A stretch of DNA of 58,431 nt, the filler included, from Jimgerdemannia flammicorona (Eukaryota): the NCBI GenBank assembly GCA_003990765.1. It is 3 parts of 3 records of this genome, joined end to end, with 100 filler letters (N's around TTAATTAATTAA, not from the genome) between each part and the next. Parts side by side here need not be neighbours in the genome. Positions count along the whole stretch, not along the records: positions 19,516 to 38,925 come from RBNJ01001946.1; 2 more parts are not named here. One strand, given 5' to 3'. Positions 22,601 to 34,650 of this stretch are shown here, one piece after another. Under the pieces are notes generated by a model, which worked only from the letters and a program-made list of their open reading frames with translations, ran no database searches and had not been told where the DNA came from. Both the position numbers and the translations under genes were made by a program. Position 1 is the first letter of the stretch; the number at the start of each line of letters is the position of its first letter.

Positions 22601-25600
22601 AGTTGATCTGCCATATAGGGCCAATAAAAGTTTTAGGAGATAACTTTGTAGCATTTGTCAAATCCTAAATGTCTGACTGTAGGAGCATTATAATATTGAA
22701 AAAGGATAGTCCTTCAGAGATCTCAATTATTAAAACCCTACAATCTATCTTTATAGTAGATAGTATTGTCCTTTAGTTGGTATTGATGATACTAGTTATG
22801 CTTGTTAGTATCATTACTACTCAGAATTTCTCTGAGAGATTGAGCTTCTTTATCATCAGCATATACTGTGATGATTTGTTCCATGATAGAGTTGGTAACT
22901 AAGGTGGGAGTTTGAATAACTTCTTTGATTAGTGGTCTGGAAATTATATCAGTAATAATATTCTTCTTATCAAGGTGATACTGGATTTTATAGTCAAAGT
23001 TGGTGAGGACTTTCATCCATCTGACTTGAGTAGTCTGGGTCTTGATATTGACTAAGGATTTGTGGTCAGTCAATACAGTAAAGTGTGCTCCTTCTAGATA
23101 TGATTGCTATTTAATTAGGATATCTATGATAGGATAGCTAATATTTCCTTCTTATGGGTTGTATAGATGATTTTTCCATCATTGAACTTGCAAGAATAAT
23201 AGGCCACAGAGTGTCCTTCTTATATGAGTACTACTCCAAGAGCTAGATCAGAGGAATCAGTAGTAACTTTATGGGTAGATAGGGTTTGCCACTTAGAGTA
23301 GTTATCAAGACATCTTTCAGTACTTGAAAGGCTGTATCTTATTCAAGTCTCCAATTTGTAAGATTTTGAAGTATTTTTCTTACTTTGCTGTCCAGGGCTA
23401 TCCTTCTTTCTTACTATACTTGGTCATTTGGATAAGGGCAGTAGCAATCTTGGCAAAGTTTGCAACAAATTACTAGTAACAGTTAACTAGTCTTAGGAAT
23501 GACTAGAGGTCCTTCAACTTCTTGGATCTGGATTATTCCTTGATTGTAGAGATTTTGCTAAAGTCTATTTTGATTTTATTTGGAGTAATAATATATCTAA
23601 GGAATTAAATTACCTTCAGGAGGAATTCACATTTGAAGAGTTGACTTTCTCAGAGTTTCAGTAATACTAGTTCAAGATGTTTAAGATATTTCTCCAGGGT
23701 TTTGCTGAAGACTAGAATGTTATCAATATAGATAATAATAAATTTATCTAGATATAGGTATAGGATGGTATTCATCTATATCTAGAAGGTTACAAGAGCT
23801 TTAGTTAAGCCAAAAGAAATAACCAAGGACTCAAAATGTCAATAGTGAGTTTGGAAGGCTGTTTTGTAGATGTCTTCTTCTTTTATAGCAATTTGCTAGT
23901 AACTATTTCACAGGTCAAAAGAGCTCATAAATTGTAGATTGGTAAGCCTATTAAATATTTTATTGATTTGGAGTAGTGGGCAGTAGTTTTTGGTAGTCTA
24001 TTCATTGAGGTTGCAGTATTCATAAGTCTCCTTCTTTTATAACAATAAAGAGGACTGGTCACTATATAGTGATACACTAGATCTAAAAATCCTTATTCTA
24101 GAAGTTTATTAATATCTTTCTTAAGTATATTGATTTCTCTCAGAGACATATAGTAGATTGACTTGAAGGCAGGCTTAGCATCTGGGATGGTCTTGATAGC
24201 ATGATCTATTACTTTTTTAGGTAGTAGGCCTTTCAATAGTTTCTTTGGAAATATGTCTTGGAATTTCTAAAGTAAGGATCTGATATGGCTGTCAACTTTA
24301 GAAAAGTCTTCTTTGAAGTTTTCAGGTTCTCCTTTAGATAGATAGATAGAGATAGCAAAGAAAGGGCATTTCTTGGTCAATTTCTTGAGTTGTGGCTTGT
24401 TAATTGAGTGATCTTTGGTCTAGAGTTATTAGAACTGAGTTGGTCTTTTTTACCTTGCAGTTTGAAATTGGGATACCCTTCTTGATAGTTAGAGAATGAT
24501 TTACCCAGTTGATCATAGAGTTCTCTTATTTTAACCATGGGGTCCCAACATATACTTAGTAGTCACCAATTCAGAAGAGCAAGTTGCAGACTTCCTTGCT
24601 AATAATATGTGAGGTTCTATCAGCTGTGGCAACTGCTTGAGTTGATTATACTGGAGAGGTTAGGACCTTGAGTCTGTTGGCTATTTCTTCATTAATGAAG
24701 TTGCCTGAGACACCATTGTCTATCATAATCTTAACAGGTGCTCTATTGACAAAAGCTTAGAGTATAAGCAGTTTGTCTGATTAAATAGTAGTGATTTCAG
24801 TCATAGGAGCTTTCCTTCTATTAGTTCTCCTTTGGACCAGTTTATTGATACAAGAGAAGTAATTATCGATCATTCAAGAAGAGTACATTTCAATACCATG
24901 AGAGCATCAGTCACTTGGTACAAATTCATCTTTGATTTTTTTGCAGAATTGTTCTTCCTTATTTATAGTAGATTGTGCTTGAGTCTTGTTTGATAAGCCA
25001 AACTCTTTGGATCCTCAGATGGTCGACAGTAGTCCAGAGACTTCTTTGACTGTCAGAGTTAATTCAATTTTCTTGAATAGAATTTGAGTAATGCAAAAAC
25101 TAATAGGAATCTTAAATAGTATCTAACTATAGTTTAGATGAGGACAATGATTTTGCCTGTATAATCTTTATCAATAATTTCTCCTTCTACTGAGAGTCCT
25201 TTTAATACTAGGCTACTGTGATAGTATATTCTATCAATATGTCTTTCAGAGATTTGAATGCTGATTTCTGTATAGACTTGCTTGACTTCATGGTTAGAAA
25301 CAGTAGCTTCTTCAGCTATATATAGGTTATATTAAGTGTTTTTGGACTTTCTTTAGTTGGGGCCTTAGCAGTTGGCCTTAACTTGACAAAGTCCAAAATC
25401 TTGGTGGTCAGATTTTTGAGGTAGTGCAGAGTGTTAACAGTTGCTCATATTACTGTTTGGGGTTTTCAGTTGGGACAGACATTGGTTAAATGTCCTGTAT
25501 TTTGACAATAGAAGTATACTCCACTTCTTCAGAGTTCATTTCTCTCTCCTTTAGTGAGTTTTTTGAAGGTACTTGGCTGGGTGAGTTCAGGATTTCTGAG

Positions 25601-28600
25601 TGTCCAAGAGGGAATGTAGAAGGAGCTTGAGATGCTTCATACTTGGGTTCTTCTTTTTTGGTCTAAGTTTTTTCCTTATTATTGAATTGTCTTTAAGGCA
25701 GAATTGGTCCAGCTGTTAGGATTTACTCAACTATAGTCTTGATTCTTACCAAGTACTATTGTTGGTGATCACAACCAACTAGGCATCCTTGTTCTTGGAT
25801 GTTTCTTATAAGGCATTCAGATAGTATATTGAATAAAATAGTCTGCTCTTGTACCATTTTATGCTTCATCATTGGTAACATATTCTAGGCCAATAGTGTT
25901 TAGGAGTAACTCAAGTTTTGTATAGAAGGTTTTGAATTCCTTCTTGCCATATATATCAAATTTGAGATTGCAGAGTTTAGCTTGAGATTTGGCAAACAGA
26001 GTTTCACTGTAGTATTGAGCAATCATGAGTTGTTTGAGTTCAGAGACTGCAGGATGGTTTCTATATCTAGAGGTATTATTTGCTTCATTTTGGATAATGA
26101 CTACAGGTCAGGTGTCTTATGTGAGAGGTTTTCAGGAAGGATTTAACACTATTCTTCATCAGGTCCTCAGAAGAATATAACAACTTAATAGATATAGGCT
26201 GTAGTAGTAGCAAAGAGTTGTTACAGAGTGTGGTCTTAATTGTTTGTCAGAAGGTGTTCAGCAACTTACTCATTGGTCCATTGGTTGGCTTTGAAGTTGA
26301 TATCAATTATACTAATAAAACTTTGAACTTCTTGTATATTACTATTGAAGGTAGGCAGGCTCAGACTTTTGGTTGATCAGATCTGTTCAGCTAAGATGGT
26401 AATGGTTGTTGCCATTATAACTACTTGGGCTGTGAGGTCTATAATTTGTTAGTTGGCTATATTATTTACTGGAGGCAGTTAGACTACTGGTAGTAGAGTT
26501 ACTAGTATTACTTGAGGTACTAGTGCAGAGTGTGATAGTGTTCTTTGAGTCTTTGTAAGTTGCTGGAGTAACTATTATATATCTGGAGTAAGGGTTTGGT
26601 AGATAGCTGTATATTGTGCTATAAGTATGTTTTGTTCTAAAGAGGGTGTGTCTTTTTCAGTATTATATCCAGGATTGAATTTACTGAGATACTCCTCCTC
26701 CTCTTTGATTTGGTCTCTATATAATTGAGTTTGTTCAGTATCAAAGTAGATTGTATTAGTTGTATATTGGATTTCAGATATGTAGACTTAATTCAAGAGT
26801 TTGATCTGGTTCAGTATTAGTTTTAGTTTCAGATAGGGCTGTAGCTAGGCCTACTTCTGATTCAGAGTCAGGTTGTTGATCAAGAGTTTCTCTGGCTTCT
26901 TCTTTAAGAATATAGCAGACCTTGCAATTTTGAAAGCAATAGTATAAAGTGGTCTTGATCCTGGTATAGTGATAGTCAGTAGAGTTGAGCCACTTGGCTA
27001 TAGAGGCTTAGGCTTCATAAGGAACTAAGGCTAGAAAGTTAGTTGCTGGTTATCCTAGGTTACTCAGATTTGTAGGGCTGACAAAACTCTTATTGAGAAG
27101 AGTAAAGAAGGTTTCTATGAGACCTTCTTCATCTTGACTTGTGAGGTGTAGAGTAAGAAGTTCAGTATATAGAGTTTTACCTATCTGTTGATTTAATTGT
27201 AGTCCATTTTTTTGTAGATAAAGTCTGTCTTACTTGTTGCAGATATAGAGGTCAAATTGTCCTTATATGTCAGGTTCAATTCTCTCCAGATTATCAGATA
27301 GTTTGGAATGAGTTCTAGTTCAGAGGTTGGATTTTATATCAACTTATAGAAATTATCATAGAGGTTTGTAGTAAGATGAGAAAGAATCTTGAAGTAGAAT
27401 TGGATTGTAAACTGCTGACACTAAGTTATAAGAGGATTACTTATAAAAGTACCAAAGTACAATTATATAGTTCTAAAAGGGTTTTCTAGAAGTTCTGGAT
27501 ATTTTGATATAGAGTATATCCTCTATACTTATTGATTTCAAGATCAGATTGAGGTCTCAACCCAAAGTCCATTTTTGAACTAGTTCTGGATGTTCAGAAT
27601 TTTCCATATTTCAGAAAGTTCAACAAACTAAGACCAGCATAGTTGAATTGGCATATCACTGCAGATAATATCCAATTAGAAAATTTCAACAGAGTTAGGA
27701 GTGAGATCTAATAGAGAGCAGATTTATTTAAAAGTAGTTTGTAAGTTATTAAATAAGTTTATTTGCTATTTATAATATTGCAATACAAGGAGTAGTTGTG
27801 TAAAGAGATTTTATAGAAAAGTATTCAGAAGTTGTTTTTATTATTTCAGTCTGAGTTTCTGAGGTCTGGGAAAGGGAATATTTATACTAATGGGAGGCTA
27901 TCTGGAATATGCTAAATATGGATATAGTACTTAGTGCCTTACTGAGTCAGAATACAGTTATGTAGTACAAGTGTAAACTGATATGTCTAGAAATTATCTG
28001 ACTGCTAAGTTAGTATGCAGTCACATCATATGAGGCTAACCTAACTATACTAATAACTACTAAGCTATCGATAGATTTATATACTATCTGGGTAGTCTTC
28101 GATGACATTACTATTAATGATATCATCTGTTTCATATATGGGATATGGAGTTGGTAGACAAAGAAGAGGTGTATTGGCTTCACTTTCATTAGATTCACTG
28201 TCTGCCCTTCTATAGGTAATAATGCTATAAGTTGTGGGATTATAGTATGCTGGTGGCTTTGGCTTATTTCATTCATATGCAGAAGATGGGGTTGTTGGTT
28301 CAATCTTGAGAGTTGTCTGAAGATACTGATAATATTCTCTAGTCTCTTCATTATAGTTGAAGTAATCAGATATGAGTATAGATTGATACTCATACTAGTG
28401 ATCATTATTCCAATAGATCATATAGGTGGTTATGAACTGTTGTAAGTTCATTGGCAAGGTTGGTAGAGTGATCAAGGTTGGCAGAGATCCTTGGCTAGAG
28501 GTCATATCAGTATCAGAGAGATCATTATCTTCTACTTCATTATTATCAAACTGAATTATATCATAGATATCCTTCATGATGTATCCAACTTGGAGCATTT

Positions 28601-29599
28601 GTAAAATATAGTCATTGGGGTGTGGAAAGGTTCTGTCTGTATTTTAAATATACTTAATATACTTGTAGTTGAGATCTTGTACCATATTGTCAATTTGGCT
28701 ATAGGACAGAGTAGTAACCCTTTCAGTGATAGTAACTTAGAGATAGAGAATAAAGGTACTATACTCATAGAAGAGTTCTCTGTATTTGCAGACAATGAGT
28801 TTCTGGTGTTGAGACATCTGGGTAATATCTATATTATGGTAGTGTTTGACCATATCTTCTAGAAGATGGCTGATCTGATAGTAGCTTGAGATTTGATCAA
28901 TTCAGTAGACTTCACTGAGTATGTTCAGGGCATTCCATTAGGCTTCCACAAAGTAGAGAGGTACCAGGCTGTTGTTATTCATGAGGGGTAGGAGAGGTGT
29001 GGCTCAGTTGACAATGGCATTCCAAATATCAGTACAGATATAGTTGTAGATCTTAGTGGTCATAGTTGTGTATATATTCAAGAGTTGTAATTGTTTGTTT
29101 AGTTTGTTGTGGTTTTCAGTTTCAATATATCTGAATGCTTGATATATATACATTTAGTTCTGATTTGTAAGGTTTTATTGGTATAAATTTTGTGTTCTAT
29201 GACTTTGAGTTGACTCAGCTTTGTACTCTATGACTAGTACTCTACAAACCCAACCCAATTAATCTGAAACCCTACCCATAAAACAGCCAACTCAGAATTA
29301 GATGTTACCTATCTTAACTCAACCCAGAATTATATGTTACCTGTCTTTAAGCTGACCTGGAATTATACATCACCCATCTTTAACCTGACCTGGAAAGATA
29401 CATTACCTATCTTTAATCCAATCTGGAATTAAATATAACCCATCTTTAACCCAATCTGAAAATGGATATCACCTGACTCATTATTTACTCTTAACCCAAA
29501 CCTGAACCTGACCCCTGAACCTGATCCTGAACCTGACCCCTGAACCTGACCCTGAACCTGATCCTCTGAACTCTGCTCTAAAAAAATGATTCAGATAAT

Positions 29600-32030
29600 A
29601 TTTGAATAATATTCAGAGCTATTGAAAGTGAAAAATATCTGAAGATCACCAAGAATCCAAATACATACATGTATGAATTGTTTTACACATAAGCAGTTTC
29701 AACATTCCAGTGACCAGCTTACCAGTAATAGAAAAAATATGTTCAGATGGAACAGATATCACCAAAATAGTAAGATAATCACAAGCCATTCATGAAATAT
29801 TAGGATATACTGACTGATTTTGCCACCACCAATCCAGTATATTTATATAAGAATCAGCTGGATTCTCTGACAAATAACTGAAACAAATAAATATGAGTGA
29901 AAATTAACCAAACCAATAAAAAAACATAAAAACAACACCTACTATTCAAGCTCATCATCTACATTGATATACTGTTTCTTCTCATATATTGAGTTAATGA
30001 AATTATTGGCATCATGAGATATTGAGAGTATAATGACAGCTTTAACAGGCTTATACTCCTTTTCCCAGATATATTCCATCTGATTCTTCCATTCATCAAT
30101 TAAGGATTTTTTCCATTACTCATGATGGAAATAATGTATGTTGATACATAGATCTAAGGCCAAAGCTATGCTGTATAATGGTGTCATCTTACAGTAATAC
30201 TTTAGAAGTTTCATACATATATTCTCAGCAGCAGTAAGCATTATCTATAAAAAATAAAAAATAAATGGAAATATATACATATTACTTTCCAAATATTTAC
30301 CAAATTAGTTCCTAAATTCACAAATAAAATTACTTTCAAAATCATATATATACCTGATTAAAATGTTCACCAGTTTGATATATATTGATGATATCTTCAG
30401 GGTGATCACATAGCCAATTAAATAGTGGGATAACAGCTGCTATTATAGGATACTTCAAAGCTAACATCACAGTTGTCACTTTGGCAAAAGGCTTGAGAAA
30501 TTGGCAAATCAATTCAAATTGTTGCTATGTATCTTTAGATATATTGCTCATTTGCTTATCTATGACATACAATATATCTAAGCCCTATTTGGATGTAATA
30601 TCAATTTATTTAGTACCAAAATACTTCCAAATTGTATTCTAAAATATATATAAATAGATTCAAAATCTTACCTTATGAATCTCCAGACCATGTGCTAACA
30701 TTTCATATATAGAACTCTATCTCATCATAATATCTAAGAGAGGCTTCAAAATGGGAATTCCAGAGGATTCACAGATCTTTATCAGTTGTGCTTATTATTG
30801 TACTGAATTTTTGATCTTCTTTATTAACTCCTATAGCTTTCCAATAGGCTCGCTAAGAGAACCAAGAGTATCATGAATGATGAGATTCAACATATACCCA
30901 AAACAGCATACATAAGTGAGTAGATGATGGAGATTCTCAAACAGAGTATCATTATTACTGATATTATCATACATAATAGTAATGATTTGATTGTCACTAG
31001 GCAATAAATCATCTATTATTAGCTCTAGACTTTTTGCAAGATTGGTACCTATGTGTATTATTTCACTGATATTTATAAAGTCTAAGATAATATCATATAT
31101 CTTCTAATCATTGTCAATCCAATGAGCTATTATTCTAAGGAAGGTCTTAATATTAATATCTGATGTTCAACAATCAAGTATAAGTGATACCTTCAACTTG
31201 AGCTCTGCTAGCCTTACTTTCACTTAAGTCAACAATAATTTGAATTCCTTTTGAATAACTTACAAAATAATATCAGCTGATGGAAGGGCCAGATCAGGGC
31301 ATAATATGTGAAAGAGATACTTGAAGCCAGCATTTTCAATAGTGGAGAATGGCTGATATCCAGTGACAATGAAGTTGGCAATTAATCAATGAAAATTTTC
31401 ATTACTTAAAGTCTTGCTAGTGTGTTCTTATTTGTAATAATAAAATTTGATAAATTATTTTTCCAATACCCTCCTAAGTACTTCCCAAATTACATTCTAT
31501 CCATACTCACAATATCATCTTTCTTAGACCAGCAAGGATTCTCAGCATACTGGGGAGATAAGAGTATAGTATTGTGATGCTTCCAGAGATGTCATTTAAG
31601 ATTGTTGATATTGCTATCCTTCAATATATAGCTCCAAGTTGTACAATGATTGCAACTGATGAGCTTACTTTGCAAATTCTATTTGAATAGAGAGATATGA
31701 GACTATATTAGAATCTCAACTACTTATAACTGACCACTCACTCTTATGACTAATGAGAAGAACTACCTCTATAAATGCAACTATTAGTATAATGTATAAA
31801 ACTACCTTTGTAGTATGATTCCATACCCAGCTATCACCAGGTTTTGTTTTTATTTTTATTCTCATGCTCATTGGTGATAATGAACTAGTAGAGATATCCA
31901 ATATATCCTCCAATATATCCTTTGATATATCATCCAATAGTTTTGAGATTTCTTCTAAATATACTTCTTGATCTTTAGATATTTCAAAAAGTTTTAATGA
32001 TGGTGGGGACTGAGAGCTTGAGTGGGAGGC
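29600..32030 (-). pseudogene. Intron-containing hAT transposase with BED zinc finger (boundaries approximate)
   Basis: Minus-strand remnants: CNHC..NLK*HLWKHH (BED), FIVTGYQPFSTIENAGFK, VSLILDC*TS..IIAHWIDND, CFGYMLNLI, LLDIMMR*SSIYEML (cf. DVxTRWNS), MACDYLTI (hATC dimerisation). Confidence 0.85.
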
Positions 32031-32349
32031 CAAGAGCTGGAAAGTGGCTAGGAAGTGGTGAGCTAGGGAGTGGCAAACTGGAAAATGAGCTGGGGGGGCA
32101 GTGAACTAGAGAGCAGAGAGTTGGGGAGAGGTGGCAAGTAGCAGGGAAAGCCAGGAACTGTGGGGCCTGGAACAGGAGTCAGTGAGCTGAGGGGCAGTGA
32201 GATAGAGAGCAGCAAGGTGGCAGTATAAGATATAATAACTAATGATCAATTGTGGACAGAGGATAGATAAATAAATATGCATAGGTGGTGACTAGTACCT
32301 ATCATGCAACTGCAAACAGCAAATATACTTTGGAGATTCAGCATATTCT

Positions 32350-32790
32350 GTATAATTCAGCATGTTCTGCATAAGCCCCAATTGAGCAAGATTTGCAATG
32401 ACATTTGAGCGAGGTTTGTGGTGCATTTGAGTGAGATTTGCAGTGAGGTTCAAGCAAGATTTGCAAGCAATATTAAAGCAAGATTTGCATGTAAAATTAA
32501 AGCAAGATTTGCATAAGCCAGGTTTTGCAAGCCTTATACTTACAAGTCTGGACAATCTCAGTTACAAGCTAATATGATGTATATATATATAAACTGATAT
32601 CACATAATATAAGCTATTGGCTAAGCTTGCAAGCACAAGGCTTACAAAGCCTGGCTTATGTAAATCTCACTTAAATCTTGCTGCAAATCTCACTGCAAAT
32701 CTCACTCAAATACACTACAAACCTCACTCAAATGTCATTGCAAACCTCACTCAATCAGGGCTTATGCAGAACCCACTGAATTATGCAGAG
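32350..32790. repeat. Imperfect inverted repeat (~180-200-bp arms, ~60-bp spacer) inside the hAT
   Basis: TTTGCAATGACATTTGAGCGAGGTTTGTGGTGCATTTGAGTGAGATTTGCAGTGAG (left) pairs with CTCACTGCAAATCTCACTCAAATACACTACAAACCTCACTCAAATGTCATTGCAAA (right). Confidence 0.85.
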
Positions 32791-32802
32791 AGGAGTAAAA
32801 TA

Positions 32803-32973
32803 CAGTGAGGAAAGCTCTGGATTATAAGCATAAGCATAAGTATAAGCTTTGCTCTGCTCAGTCTGACAAGCTGATAATAAGCTGATATCACATAATATCA
32901 GCTATCAGCTGAGTAGAGCAAAGCTTGCGCTTATGCTTATACTTATACTTGTAATCCAGAGCTTTCCTCACTG
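32803..32973. mobile_element. 171-bp hairpin / MITE-like element
   Basis: Terminal inverted repeats CAGTGAGGAAAGCTCTGGATT / AATCCAGAGCTTTCCTCACTG, extending ~55 bp imperfectly; preceded by TA. Confidence 0.75.
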
Positions 32974-33349
32974 TGTTCCACTCCTCTTGTATTCCACTTC
33001 TCTTGCACAACCCTTACATATTCCTCCACCTCCCTCACTCTCATTTCTTGGATTGCAAATAACATACAATTTAGAAATAAGTTTCAAAAGAGATTTTGAA
33101 GAGATTCTGAAAGAGATTTTGAAGAGATTCTGAAAGAGCTTCTGAAAGAGATTTTGGAGAGATTCTGAAAGAGCTTCTGAAAGATGTTATAGCTTTTGAA
33201 TATTTAAAATATCAAAAGCTTACTTTTGCCTCTCATTCTTTTTGCCTCATCTTTCACTTTGCCTCATCCTTCACTTCACCTCATTCTTTGCTTCACCTCA
33301 TCCTTTACTTCACCTCATTTAATTTATGCTATATTGAGAAAACATAGAT

Positions 33350-34650
33350 ATGACCACCCCACCAATAAGTATTTACTTTGCCCCCCCAAAGCTCAATGCA
33401 TCTCAGCTTGTTGTCCCAAAGCTCAGTACCCTAAAGATGCCCAGCTTACTGATACCCAGCCTGCTGAGCTTACTGATACTCAGCCTGCTGAGCTTGCCAA
33501 CACTCAGCCTGCCAAGCTTGCTGACACCCAGGTTGCCAAGCTCACCAACTCCCAGCTCACTGACCCTCAGCTCCCTGATCTCCACTTGACTACCAGCTCA
33601 CTATCAGTCTGCAAGCACAAGGTCCCCCACTAGATCCCAATAATATAGCTCAAAAAAGTTAGTTTTTTTTTTTTTTGCTTTTTAAATCAATGTCTGAATT
33701 TTTTTCCTAATAACATTCGAAATATACATATCCTCTAGCTTCTAAGCCTGGGCTGGAGTGCAAATCTTGCTACAATTGCCATTTTTGCCATCAAGTTTGC
33801 CCAAGCACTACCTGAAAGTATTGCCAAACCAATTTCCTAGATGCCCCAAACCTCACAGAGAAAAGGCCTTACAAATCAGACATTAGGTGTGCTTTGCTGT
33901 GGCCAATAAATGTATTAAGAAAGTACATAATGACCAACTGAGATAAGAAGTCATAAGAGTGATAGAAAACCATGCAAAAATCATAGAACATTTATCATAT
34001 GTACCATACCAGCTTCAAGGTGAATGTCAAAGCATAGAACAAGTAAGATTGTCTAGATAGAATTGTCATCATGAATGAATACAAAAAACTACTAGCCATA
34101 TTTGAATGAGTACTAGTAAAGAATGACAAAATACTTTATATACAACTGATGGATGACAGTCTTATGCATTTTGTTGAGGGGGATGGTGGTGGAGGAGATG
34201 GAGAGGTGGAAGAAGTCAGTACCAGTAGAGGGGTCAGTGCTGGTGGAGAGGTTGGTGGAGAGGTTGGCACAGGAAAGGTCAGCATAAGGGAGGTCAGTGT
34301 GGGGGAGATCAGTACAGAGGAATATAGAGAGGTCAGTATAGAAGAGGTCAGTATAGAAGACATTAGCACAGAGGAACATGGGGAGGTCAGTATGGGGGAG
34401 GTTGGCATGGAGGAACATAGGGAGGTTGGCATGGGGGAGGTTGGTATAGAGGAACATGGGGAGGTTGGTGCAGAGAAACATGGGGAGGTTGGTATGGAGG
34501 ATGAAATAGAGGTTGGTATAGAGAAAGTCAGTATAGAGGAGGATATAGAAGAGGAGAATATAGAGGAAAGTAGTTCAGAATATATAGAGGAAGATAGTTC
34601 AAAATATGAGAAGGAGGAGGATTAGTTGGTTTATAATGATGAAGAGTAAG
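33350..34650 (+). pseudogene. Degenerate second ORF carried by the hAT, unknown function (QPAELTDT repeats, central domain, acidic repeat tail)
   Basis: 24-bp repeats at 33440-33600; frame ..YHTSFKVNVKA*NK*DCLDRIVIMNEYKKLLAIFE*VLVKNDKILYIQL runs into ORF 34149-34625 (EEHGEVGM repeats). Confidence 0.45.

Noticed and set aside
29490..29572. CCTGAACCTGACCC repeats as telomeric or CRISPR-like
   Set aside because: Short degenerate subterminal repeats of the hAT; no spacers and no telomere motif.
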